Shown here one piece after another: positions 1-8,242 of a stretch of 64,000 nt of DNA; position 1 is the stretch's first letter; each line of letters begins with the position of its first letter. The translations under genes were made by a program, and so were the position numbers. This DNA is from a virus (Duplodnaviria; Caudoviricetes), in the IMG/VR virus record IMGVR_UViG_3300034128_000011, positions 3,389 to 67,388 of that record. One strand, 5' to 3'. The notes below the pieces were generated by a model, which worked only from the letters and a program-made list of their open reading frames with translations, ran no database searches and was not told the origin of the DNA.

Positions 1-72
1 AAGGGAATTGATAAACGATCTTCTTTCACGACCGATATTCCCACCCACACACACAATCATCATGAGGCATGT

Positions 73-1248
73 ATGCTTGATCCTCTCATCTACAACACGC
101 TTTCCAGTGATGGATTCTTTATGACGAGCAAGGCATTGGCCAAACTCACATCCAATAATGCCGCTATCCTTGCAGCAGAGATCATACACATGAGCCAGAA
201 GGGTAGCGATGTTGTAAAAACACCTGCGAAATACTTCGAGCGTGAATGCAATCTGAGCAAACACGCCAGACAGCAGGCAGAGCAAACACTTATAGACGTC
301 GGCGCTCTCGAAGTGAAAAAGACTGGGACACCAGCGAAAAACGTCTATCTCCTTCATTCGCATGTACTTAAATCAATATTATCGCGATGGGGGGTGGCCC
401 ACAATAAGTCGAAAAACGGTACCTTTAGTGGGACACCCGACGAATGTGACGACGATCACATATCCGACTCCAGTGGGACGAAAACAGCCGACAAGTGGGA
501 CGAAAACAGCCGACAAGTGGGACGAAAACAGCCGACTGGAACTCCTGTAACTCCAAGTTTGACAATGGTTTCGGGGGGAGTCGCGGCCCCTAATACAAAA
601 GAAGATACCATATATAATACTAACCATTCCCCGACCCCCCCTTCGGGGGAGTCGAATGATCGTCAAAGGTATCATGGGAAAAGATCACGCGGAAAAGAAA
701 AGATCGCGTACACACAATCACCCGCTGTTGATGTTGCTTCTCTCCTTGCGATAGCGGGGGAGCCCGACCCCCCTGCTCCGATAGGGGCAGGCGTGACAGA
801 AGCAGGGGCTGGCGCGGCGATAACGGGGGGCTCCGTCTCAGTAGCCGCCGAAGCACGATCGCCCCGCTCAGACGATCCTACGCTCAAAAAGGACGGTACC
901 CCACGAGCGGACGCTCCTGAGATGAAGTTCCTGCAGTTCTACGTGGCGAAATATGAGGAAATTCTCGGCACAAAGCCCATAATCGGGCCGTACGGTAGGA
1001 CGACAGTGGTGATCAGGAACATCCTGACGAAGATGGATGGCCGCAAACAGGAGCTGATGCGGATAGTCGATCGCTATCTGCGCAATCAGGATCCATGGTA
1101 TATCCAGACAGGCTGGAGCCTGATGACCCTGTCGGCAGACAATACGCTGAACGCACACTCGGATGCAGTATGGGCGGCACGAGCGGCAAAGCAGACGAAG
1201 TCCTCACAATCACAATCACGATCCACAGGAAGGAGACTCGATGAGTAA
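73..1248 (+). CDS. Phage replication initiator (lambda O-like, N-terminal winged-helix)
   Basis: N-terminal HTH-like region (YFERECNLSKHARQQAEQTLIDVGALEV..GTPAKNVY), low-complexity linker carrying tandem DNA repeats, DnaB close downstream. Confidence 0.75.
   Translation: MLDPLIYNTLSSDGFFMTSKALAKLTSNNAAILAAEIIHMSQKGSDVVKTPAKYFERECNLSKHARQQAEQTLIDVGALEVKKTGTPAKNVYLLHSHVLKSILSRWGVAHNKSKNGTFSGTPDECDDDHISDSSGTKTADKWDENSRQVGRKQPTGTPVTPSLTMVSGGVAAPNTKEDTIYNTNHSPTPPSGESNDRQRYHGKRSRGKEKIAYTQSPAVDVASLLAIAGEPDPPAPIGAGVTEAGAGAAITGGSVSVAAEARSPRSDDPTLKKDGTPRADAPEMKFLQFYVAKYEEILGTKPIIGPYGRTTVVIRNILTKMDGRKQELMRIVDRYLRNQDPWYIQTGWSLMTLSADNTLNAHSDAVWAARAAKQTKSSQSQSRSTGRRLDE
472..536 (+). repeat. Three tandem 22-bp iterons (AGTGGGACGAAAACAGCCGACA), putative replication origin
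   Basis: Units at 472-493, 494-515 and 516-536 (last lacks the final A); partial AGTGGGAC at ~428; lie inside the initiator gene as in lambdoid ori. Confidence 0.85.
570..654. promoter_or_regulatory. AT-rich tract flanked by TTCGGGGG(G)AGTCG direct repeats, probable unwinding element of the origin
   Basis: AT-rich 591-625 next to the iterons; repeats at 570-583 and 642-654, the second closing a C(TTCG)G hairpin. Confidence 0.5.
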
Positions 1249-1840
1249 CGAACCGATGTCCCGCAGCGAAGCGGCAGGAATGCAGATGCGTGTGGGTGCT
1301 CACATGATGGAAGCTGAGGATCTTCGCGCTCAACTGCTAGAGGCAAATAAACGTGCAGAGGACTGGCGGCTGGTAGCAAACACCGAAGCACTCAAGCGAG
1401 AGGAAGCGGAGAAAGAGCAAAGAGTGCTGAGTGATGGGTGGGGTCGAGCACTCGAACTCAATGAAGACTTGATAGCTAAGCTCGTGACACTCCGCAGGGA
1501 GAACACGAACAGACCAAAGATCGTCTGCCTCTGTGGCTCCACACGATTCAAGGATGCGTTCGATGAAGCAAACTACACAGAAACAATGGCTGGCAACATC
1601 GTGCTCTCCGTGGGATTCTTCATGCACGCCTCTGGCAACAAACACGGAGAGAGCATCGGAGCTACGCCAGAGCAAAAGACTGCGCTGGATGAGCTTCACA
1701 AGCGCAAGATCGACCTTGCCGACGAAGTGCTCGTGCTGAATGTCGGCGGGTATATCGGAGATTCGACGCGCTCGGAAATCACGCACGCATTCAATCACAA
1801 CAAACCTGTCAGATGGCTGGAACCCGACAAGGCATGGTAA
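1241..1840 (+). CDS. Coiled-coil plus DUF4406/nucleoside 2-deoxyribosyltransferase-like Rossmann domain protein
   Basis: IVCLCGSTRFKDAF...LHKRKIDLADEVLVLNVGGYIGDSTRSEI motif; ATG at 1241 after AGGAG. Confidence 0.65.
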   Translation: MSNEPMSRSEAAGMQMRVGAHMMEAEDLRAQLLEANKRAEDWRLVANTEALKREEAEKEQRVLSDGWGRALELNEDLIAKLVTLRRENTNRPKIVCLCGSTRFKDAFDEANYTETMAGNIVLSVGFFMHASGNKHGESIGATPEQKTALDELHKRKIDLADEVLVLNVGGYIGDSTRSEITHAFNHNKPVRWLEPDKAW

Positions 1841-1871
1841 CCTATTCCCAATAAACAGCAGGAGTGACACC

Positions 1872-2093
1872 ATGATCAGTGAAGCAACACGAGAAGCAAT
1901 TGACAAGATGAGCTATGAAGACATGCTGAGACTCTGGCGATACGAACCGATCGGCAGTCCATGGTTCAGCGGAGAGATCGCAATTTATTTCAGCGAAAGC
2001 ATGGTAAGCAAGCGCGATGCTCTGGATCCAGCAGAGCGTACAGCAATCAGCAAATCAGTGGGATTCGAAAGGAGTGAACGGCGCCATGGATAA
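1872..2093 (+). CDS. Hypothetical protein
   Basis: GGAG SD then ATG at 1872; overlaps dnaB start. Confidence 0.6.
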   Translation: MISEATREAIDKMSYEDMLRLWRYEPIGSPWFSGEIAIYFSESMVSKRDALDPAERTAISKSVGFERSERRHG

Positions 2094-3501
2094 GGGCACT
2101 ACCTATGAACAGCTAATGATCGGGGCTCTGCTCATGGGCGGCAGGAATGCGGTGAAGCACGTGATCCAGATACTCAAGCCGATCCACTTTGGCGCGCACA
2201 ATACTCGTGAGATCTTTCGTGCGATCGCCAGCCTCTACATGGATTCCACGGAAGAGATCGACATCGTCTCCGTGCCAAGAAAGATGCGTGAGGAAGGCAC
2301 GCTCAAATTTTCCAGCGAGTCGGATATCGTTGGATTCACGATTGCTGATACGCACAACATTCCAGAGACAGCCATGGCCATACGTGAGCTGGCCGTGACG
2401 ATCGCTGAGGATGCCGTACGAATTCTCACGAGTGAACTCGCACGGTCGATGACACTGCAGGTGATGGACAGGACAACCGACATCTTCGAAGTCATCTCAA
2501 CGGCAAAGGTCAAGCTCGATGAGCTGGGAAGCACAGGAAGAAAGAGCCCTGTCGTACCATCGACGACAGGATTGTTTGAAGTGCTCGATCATGTCGATGC
2601 TCTTGTGAAAGGGACAGAGCAGGCGTGGGGTGTGCCGACTGGATTTAGGACGCTCGATCGGTACGTCTATGGGTTCGAGCCAAAGAATCTGTACGTGATC
2701 GCTGGACGTCCAAGCCATGGGAAGACAGCGTTCATGATGGACATTGCCAGATATCAGGCACACACTCAGCCAGTCTGTATCTTCAGTATGGAGATGGCAC
2801 TCACCGAGTTGATCACTCGCATGTTGAGCGGAGAGAGTGGGATCCCCTATCAGTCGATTAAGACTGGCAAGTTCTACGGAAATGATCTGGCGATTCTAAT
2901 GGAGAAAGCAGGGACACTTGGCAACGCCGTGGGTAACCGTCTGTACGTGGCCGACAGTGCTGGCCTTACACTCTCTGAGATCCGTCTGTATACGATGATG
3001 GCGAAAGAAGCATACGGTATCAGAGGAATCTACATCGACTATCTGCAACTGATCAACATGGATGACAAGGACTCCAATCGTGATCAGGCAATCGGAAGGA
3101 CGACGCGCGGACTCAAGGCATTGGCAAAGGAACTGAACATCTTCGTCGTGCTCCTGAGCCAGCTCTCGCGTGCGGTAGAAATACGTGCCGACAAGCGGCC
3201 ACAGCTTTCAGATCTGAGGGAGAGCGGGAACATCGAGCAGGATGCAGACACCGTACTGTTTGTCTGGCGTCCATGGATCCAGAACGTCCACGAATTCGAT
3301 CACTATGGAGAGCACATCACGGACACAAAGGACAAGGCAGTCATCATCATCGGCAAGCAGCGCAACGGTGAGACAGGGGAAGCGGTGTTCAACTTCGATG
3401 GATCGCGCGTGAGATTCAGCGAGCGCGTCTACGTACCGACACTGTTTTCAGCACCTGCGCCAGCACATAAAGAACTCCCACCTGAAGAGACACTATTCTG
3501 A
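2086..3501 (+). CDS. dnaB: Replicative DNA helicase DnaB
   Basis: Walker A AGRPSHGKT, FSMEM, IYIDYLQL, LSQLSRAVEIRADKRPQLSDLRESGNIEQDAD, GKQRNGETG; SD AAGGAG before ATG 2086. Confidence 0.97.
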   Translation: MDKGTTYEQLMIGALLMGGRNAVKHVIQILKPIHFGAHNTREIFRAIASLYMDSTEEIDIVSVPRKMREEGTLKFSSESDIVGFTIADTHNIPETAMAIRELAVTIAEDAVRILTSELARSMTLQVMDRTTDIFEVISTAKVKLDELGSTGRKSPVVPSTTGLFEVLDHVDALVKGTEQAWGVPTGFRTLDRYVYGFEPKNLYVIAGRPSHGKTAFMMDIARYQAHTQPVCIFSMEMALTELITRMLSGESGIPYQSIKTGKFYGNDLAILMEKAGTLGNAVGNRLYVADSAGLTLSEIRLYTMMAKEAYGIRGIYIDYLQLINMDDKDSNRDQAIGRTTRGLKALAKELNIFVVLLSQLSRAVEIRADKRPQLSDLRESGNIEQDADTVLFVWRPWIQNVHEFDHYGEHITDTKDKAVIIIGKQRNGETGEAVFNFDGSRVRFSERVYVPTLFSAPAPAHKELPPEETLF

Positions 3502-3508
3502 GGATAGG

Positions 3509-3931
3509 ATGACCCCACTTGAAGAGATCATGAAATACCTCAAGCGGATTGAGAAGAAATATCCGCCCGATCCACACGGTCTGGCAGATGAACTGAACGA
3601 ACGGTGCTCACTTCTATCCAGAGTGACACAGATCATAGCGGATGCAAAGGAAGAGCTCAATCTGGCAAGAGGGAAGGAACTTGCCCTGCTCTCCCGCGAT
3701 CGCAGAACAGCAACGGAGTTGAAACAGATCCTGAATACACGCACAACCCAGCAGGAAAAACTCTACACGCTGGCAGAGGGACTTCATTCCGATCTCGTGC
3801 AAGCAATTGGAGTAGGCAGGACACTCGTCTCTGCCGAAAAGGAATACGTCAGAACCTTTGGATCACGTCCATCAGGAGATGTCGATGAACGAACTGGAGA
3901 AATTCTTACAGTCAAAGATAGCAAACAATGA
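3509..3931 (+). CDS. Hypothetical coiled-coil protein
   Basis: ORF track, AGGA SD, helical composition. Confidence 0.7.
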   Translation: MTPLEEIMKYLKRIEKKYPPDPHGLADELNERCSLLSRVTQIIADAKEELNLARGKELALLSRDRRTATELKQILNTRTTQQEKLYTLAEGLHSDLVQAIGVGRTLVSAEKEYVRTFGSRPSGDVDERTGEILTVKDSKQ

Positions 3932-4013
3932 TTACGACGTGCTGGTGACACTGGCATTCATCATGGTTGTGTGTCTCTGGCATCTCTTTGGAATATATTT
4001 GCGAAAGGACTAA
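3885..4013 (+). CDS. Small single-pass membrane protein (42 aa, below ORF-track cutoff)
   Basis: MNELEKFLQSKIANNDYDVLVTLAFIMVVCLWHLFGIYLRKD; AGGAG upstream. Confidence 0.5.
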   Translation: MNELEKFLQSKIANNDYDVLVTLAFIMVVCLWHLFGIYLRKD

Positions 4014-4016
4014 ACA

Positions 4017-4331
4017 ATGGATATACTGATTGCCATACTCGGTTGGCTGGACAGACTTCTGTATGGTTCAACTGGCGACGAACAGCCTACACAAAAAGAA
4101 CAGGAGATCCCTACTGTTCCAATCCCATCCAAAGTTGTCGATCCATACGAGATTGCATTCAATCACTATGCTGGCGGTTTGACCACATCAAGGCGTTATC
4201 TTTCATTCCCCACAATTTATAGAGGCCCGAACCATGTCCAACACAGACGAACAAGATCCAGCTTGGCTCTCTACGCTTATCACCGACAGCCCAAGCACAG
4301 GACAGATGGTAAAAGGATATCTCAACCATGA
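4017..4331 (+). CDS. Hypothetical protein
   Basis: AAAGGA SD; 3' part overlaps the next ORF by ~100 nt, so the boundary is uncertain. Confidence 0.4.
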   Translation: MDILIAILGWLDRLLYGSTGDEQPTQKEQEIPTVPIPSKVVDPYEIAFNHYAGGLTTSRRYLSFPTIYRGPNHVQHRRTRSSLALYAYHRQPKHRTDGKRISQP

Positions 4332-4581
4332 GATCAAATGGCGCGACGAGAAAATCGAGCGGGCATTAGAAGTGATCGCCACAGATATCCTGACCATCGA
4401 GACGCAGAAAAGACTCATGGCCAAAGTTGGCAACCTGAATTTATCGCTCCAGAAGGAGCTGGAGAACTACAAGGAAACGATCGCTGATCTGAAACTCGTA
4501 CTCAAACAACATGATCTGGTAGGTCAATCACTGGAGAGGGCCAATGATCAAGAGCAAGGAAGTGACGCTACTGCTCGATAG
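4234..4581 (+). CDS. Hypothetical coiled-coil protein
   Basis: GAGG SD, ORF track. Confidence 0.6.
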   Translation: MSNTDEQDPAWLSTLITDSPSTGQMVKGYLNHEIKWRDEKIERALEVIATDILTIETQKRLMAKVGNLNLSLQKELENYKETIADLKLVLKQHDLVGQSLERANDQEQGSDATAR

Positions 4582-4798
4582 CATGGGAGCAGAGCAGCCT
4601 GTTACATGCGTCGTTCAATATGATCCAGAAGGAGTGGATGACTTCGCTGATTCGCTGCTCTATGTGATTCGCATGGACACGAATCGCGACGTCATTGACA
4701 TGCTCACAGACGAACAGATAGAGTCGATCGAATACCAAATCACAACAGGACTATCACCAATCGGAGATGAAGACGATGACACCTTCTCAGACGAGTAA
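4544..4798 (+). CDS. Small acidic hypothetical protein
   Basis: GGAG SD; D/E-rich C-terminus. Confidence 0.6.
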   Translation: MIKSKEVTLLLDSMGAEQPVTCVVQYDPEGVDDFADSLLYVIRMDTNRDVIDMLTDEQIESIEYQITTGLSPIGDEDDDTFSDE

Positions 4799-5270
4799 GA
4801 GAAAGAGGATCCCACTCACCCAAGGCTATGAAGCCATCGTCGATAGTGAGGACTATGATGAGCTCATGAAATACACTTGGAGCGCTGCGGTGCGGCGAAA
4901 CAATGTGTATGCTCAACGTGCAGGGAAAGGAGCTGTCCCAATACTGATGCACAGGCAGATCATGGGCTTCCCAAAGCAAGTGGATCATCGCAATGGCAAT
5001 GGCCTGCATAACTGGCGGGGCAATCTTCGTTCCTGCACAGACAATCAGAACCAGTGGAATTCAAAACCCAAAGGGAATGGCAGGAAGTATAAGGGAGCAT
5101 TCATAAACAATAAGAAATACTGGATGGCCCGCATATACAAAGATAGCAAGCCCATCTATCTCGGATGTTTTGCTACGCAAGAGCAAGCAGCCAGAGCGTA
5201 CGATGCTGCTGCCAAAAAACTCTTCGGTGAATTTGCCAAACTTAATTTCCCACACACACAAGAAAGGTAA
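4767..5270 (+). CDS. HNH-AP2 homing endonuclease (copy 1)
   Basis: IPLTQG..AIVD, MHRQIMG, VDHRNGNGLHNWRGNLR, AP2 tail YLGCF...AARAYDAAAKKLFGEFAKLNFP. Confidence 0.92.
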   Translation: MKTMTPSQTSKRKRIPLTQGYEAIVDSEDYDELMKYTWSAAVRRNNVYAQRAGKGAVPILMHRQIMGFPKQVDHRNGNGLHNWRGNLRSCTDNQNQWNSKPKGNGRKYKGAFINNKKYWMARIYKDSKPIYLGCFATQEQAARAYDAAAKKLFGEFAKLNFPHTQER

Positions 5271-5275
5271 CGCAT

Positions 5276-6388
5276 ATGTCATCCTCATTCATTCCAGTTC
5301 TGGCTGTCAAGCAGATCTCGTTCTGGGACGACAGATTTTATCGTCTGGTGCTATATGATAATTCTATTCTGTTCCTTCCGTCTGTGACAACGACACTACA
5401 TGCCGTGCCGAAGCCGTATCTGGCAACATGGCGGGGGAACGTCGGTAATCAGGAAGCCGATCGCATCATGGCAATTGCGATGGATCGTGGGACACGAGTC
5501 CATAGCGCCTGCTATGTCCGTGCGACTGGCGGCGGGGTCATCTATGATCCGCACGAATCCAAGGGGATGTCCGACCTGAACGAAGCGGCAAGACTGTTGC
5601 GCAAGCAATTCGCTGCTGCCAACAGGGAGTATTTTGTGCTCAACAATCAGGACGAGATGATGATGGCCCTCAGATTTGACCAGTGGTTGAGGGCTGTGAA
5701 TCCGCAGGTACAGGGGGCAGAGCTCACACTCTACTCGCTGGAGCTGGGTGTGGCAGGGACGCTGGATTATGTGCACCAGATCGAAGCAGGTGCATACGAG
5801 ATCGCATCCAAACCGATCAAGCTGGACAAAACGGGACTCTACATCCACGATCTGAAGTCTGGCAGTGAAGATGCAACGTACTGGATGCAGCTCGCGGCCT
5901 ATGCCAAGATGTACGAGCTCTCGACTGGAGCGCACATTGAGGGAGCCCTGATCACGTATCTGGACACGCAGACGCAGACTGGGATCCAAGGGACGAAGAC
6001 AATCTACAAGCACTGGGAAGAACTCCAGCCTGAGCTCGACGATTTCATGAACATCAAGCGCGTATGGAGCCGTGTGTTCGGCAAGCAGATGCCGAAGGTG
6101 TTCGACTTCCCGAACCTGATCTATAATGCGGATGACAAACTGCTCGATATCCCGCATGGATATATCGTGCCGAACGTGAACGATCGCGTGAAGGACGGTC
6201 TGCCGAACGTCACGGTATCAGACAAGGCTCAAGAGAAGCCCAAAGAGAAGGTTCAGGAGAAATCTGAGCCGCCCACAGATCAACCACAACCACAGGCCGA
6301 CAAAGGAACGGCTGCAGCGGGCGTCAAAGCACCAACCAAACGCGGCCCCAAGTCAAAGGGTGCCGATCTTACAGGACTAGGACTCTGA
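5276..6388 (+). CDS. PD-(D/E)XK exonuclease (RecB/Cas4-like fold)
   Basis: LPSVTTTL, RGTRVH, AGTLD, IHDLKSG, QLAAY motifs; P/K/E-rich tail. Confidence 0.85.
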   Translation: MSSSFIPVLAVKQISFWDDRFYRLVLYDNSILFLPSVTTTLHAVPKPYLATWRGNVGNQEADRIMAIAMDRGTRVHSACYVRATGGGVIYDPHESKGMSDLNEAARLLRKQFAAANREYFVLNNQDEMMMALRFDQWLRAVNPQVQGAELTLYSLELGVAGTLDYVHQIEAGAYEIASKPIKLDKTGLYIHDLKSGSEDATYWMQLAAYAKMYELSTGAHIEGALITYLDTQTQTGIQGTKTIYKHWEELQPELDDFMNIKRVWSRVFGKQMPKVFDFPNLIYNADDKLLDIPHGYIVPNVNDRVKDGLPNVTVSDKAQEKPKEKVQEKSEPPTDQPQPQADKGTAAAGVKAPTKRGPKSKGADLTGLGL

Positions 6389-6398
6389 AAGGACGACT

Positions 6399-6986
6399 AT
6401 GCAAAACGCAGGCGGAGAATTCATGCGGACGCCACGGCAATTTCTCAACGTGAGCAGAGGCAAGCTGATCAACAAGAAGGACGAGAAATACATCGACGGA
6501 TATATCGGCAAACTGACAGAAGTCAAATTCGTCACCGATACCTTTGAAGGCCAGCCACAGCCCAAGTGGAAGGTGATCATGAAGAACATGGCATCGACAG
6601 AAGGGGGAGAAGCACAGATCGCGTTCAAAGCGGACGCCTACTATGCACTCGGATGGTTCCGCAGGATTCTCAGCGTAAATGTGGCCCGCCCATTTCTCAT
6701 GGGCGTCTATCGTCCCAAGGATGGGAACGAAAAGATCAGTCTGTGCTATATGCGGCAGGACGAGCAGAAGATTGAGGCAAACAAAGACGTCGTTCGCGAT
6801 CCAGTGAAAGTCACAGTCGGAACCAAGGAGATTCTGGACTGGACTGACGCACTGAGCGATTGCAACAAGATTGCGATCGAACTGGGCAAGCGAATCAACG
6901 TCGCACATATGGCAGAACCAATGGGCGGCGGGGAAGTCCCGCTGGGCGAAGCGCCGAAGGACGAGAAGGAAGAGCTCCCCTTCTAA
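6399..6986 (+). CDS. Putative single-stranded DNA-binding/annealing protein
   Basis: Follows the exonuclease; beta-rich body; acidic C-terminal tail ending EELPF like SSB tips. Confidence 0.6.
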   Translation: MQNAGGEFMRTPRQFLNVSRGKLINKKDEKYIDGYIGKLTEVKFVTDTFEGQPQPKWKVIMKNMASTEGGEAQIAFKADAYYALGWFRRILSVNVARPFLMGVYRPKDGNEKISLCYMRQDEQKIEANKDVVRDPVKVTVGTKEILDWTDALSDCNKIAIELGKRINVAHMAEPMGGGEVPLGEAPKDEKEELPF

Positions 6987-6999
6987 TTCATAACTAATC

Positions 7000-7040
7000 A
7001 TCTGGCAGGTCTTGACAAAGCCTGCCAGATGTTGTATCAT
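7000..7040 (+). promoter_or_regulatory. Sigma70 promoter TTGACA-N17-TATCAT with a perfect 10-bp inverted repeat flanking the -35 box
   Basis: TTGACA 7012-7017, TATCAT 7035-7040; ATCTGGCAGG (7000-7009) and CCTGCCAGAT (7021-7030). Confidence 0.8.
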
Positions 7041-7068
7041 TCACTCACACACCAACGGGACACCTGCC

Positions 7069-7353
7069 ATGATAAACCCACAGATAGCAATCAAGTGCGA
7101 CGAGTGCGGCGACGATATCACAATCACACATGCCGACGCCGATAACTATGGCACCATCACATTCAATGTTGTGCGGTGCCGTAAATGTACAGACGATGAG
7201 GTACAGGCGGCGATAGATGCTGAAGAGACTAAACACGAGTCGGTAGTGGATAGTCTCGAAGCATCGTCGGAGAAAGCAGCCGAAAGTGAGTATCAACGTG
7301 GCTTCGCCGATGGGAAGGAAGAGGGAGAAGCTGCCAGCGAAGAGGCATTGTGA
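7069..7353 (+). CDS. Small CxxC-containing acidic protein
   Basis: CDEC...CRKC then E-rich helix; first gene after the 7012 promoter. Confidence 0.6.
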   Translation: MINPQIAIKCDECGDDITITHADADNYGTITFNVVRCRKCTDDEVQAAIDAEETKHESVVDSLEASSEKAAESEYQRGFADGKEEGEAASEEAL

Positions 7354-7745
7354 TGGACGACACGGCTCTCGAAAAGATTCTGCGCGCCGCTCTGCAGAGC
7401 GCAGGTGAATTGAAATTCTATCGGGTCATTGCCAAGCTCCGCAAGGAGAAGGTCAATCCCGATCGTGGTACCAAACGCCTGTTCCCATGGAGTGTCGTTA
7501 AGATGGCTTATCGCAGACAAAAAGGTATCTGCTCTGTCTGTAAAGACGAGATGGCCTTGGAAAGAAATCTCATAGAGGGCGATCACTGGGACAGCTCTCT
7601 TGAAGAAGAGCAAGGGCTTAACAAGCTCGACAATTGTCGTGCTGTCCACAAGCGGTGCAATCGGCAGAAGGGGTCTAAAACAATCTACGAACTGGCGCAG
7701 TCACAAGGGCGCACGGTCATCGAACAGTTGGGAGACGAGCCATGA
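7350..7745 (+). CDS. HNH endonuclease
   Basis: CSVC...EGDH...NCRAVHKRCNRQKG. Confidence 0.85.
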   Translation: MMDDTALEKILRAALQSAGELKFYRVIAKLRKEKVNPDRGTKRLFPWSVVKMAYRRQKGICSVCKDEMALERNLIEGDHWDSSLEEEQGLNKLDNCRAVHKRCNRQKGSKTIYELAQSQGRTVIEQLGDEP

Positions 7746-8242
7746 AAGAGATCCCGCTCACAAGAGGATATGTTGCGATCGTAGATGATGAAGATTACGC
7801 AGGGCTATCACGATTCAAATGGTGCGCTCTTTGTGTGACCAGTCCTAATTTGGTATATGCTGTACGAAATAGCCGACAGGACGAAGGGAAAAGACATCTT
7901 ATTCTCATGCACCGACAAATCATGGGCTTCCCAAAACTTGGCGTCGATCATTGGGATGGTGATGGCCTGCATAACTGGCGCGGGAATCTTCGCACTGCAA
8001 CACAGTCCCAAAACTTAGCGAACCAACGGTTGCTCAATAGCAAGTCTGGTATGAAGGGGGTATCGTGGAGCAGACATGCGAAAAAATGGAATGCTCATAT
8101 TCAAGCCAACAAAGTTCAATACAATCTTGGCCTATATGCTGACAAGGAAGATGCTGCGCGAGCATACGATGCAGCGGCAACAAAGCTCTTTGGCGAATTT
8201 GCCAGACCCAATTTCCCAACACCTTCAAAGGACGAACCATGA
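7742..8242 (+). CDS. HNH-AP2 homing endonuclease (copy 2)
   Basis: IPLTRG..AIVD, MHRQIMG, VDHWDGDGLHNWRGNLR, AARAYDAAATKLFGEFARPNFP. Confidence 0.92.
   Translation: MKEIPLTRGYVAIVDDEDYAGLSRFKWCALCVTSPNLVYAVRNSRQDEGKRHLILMHRQIMGFPKLGVDHWDGDGLHNWRGNLRTATQSQNLANQRLLNSKSGMKGVSWSRHAKKWNAHIQANKVQYNLGLYADKEDAARAYDAAATKLFGEFARPNFPTPSKDEP

Noticed and set aside
472-536. 22-bp repeats as a mini CRISPR array
   Set aside because: Directly tandem with no spacers, inside a coding region, no cas genes; they fit iterons
5276-6388. Cas4 / CRISPR adaptation gene
   Set aside because: No four-Cys Fe-S motif, array or other cas gene; its position next to an SSB-like gene fits a recombination exonuclease
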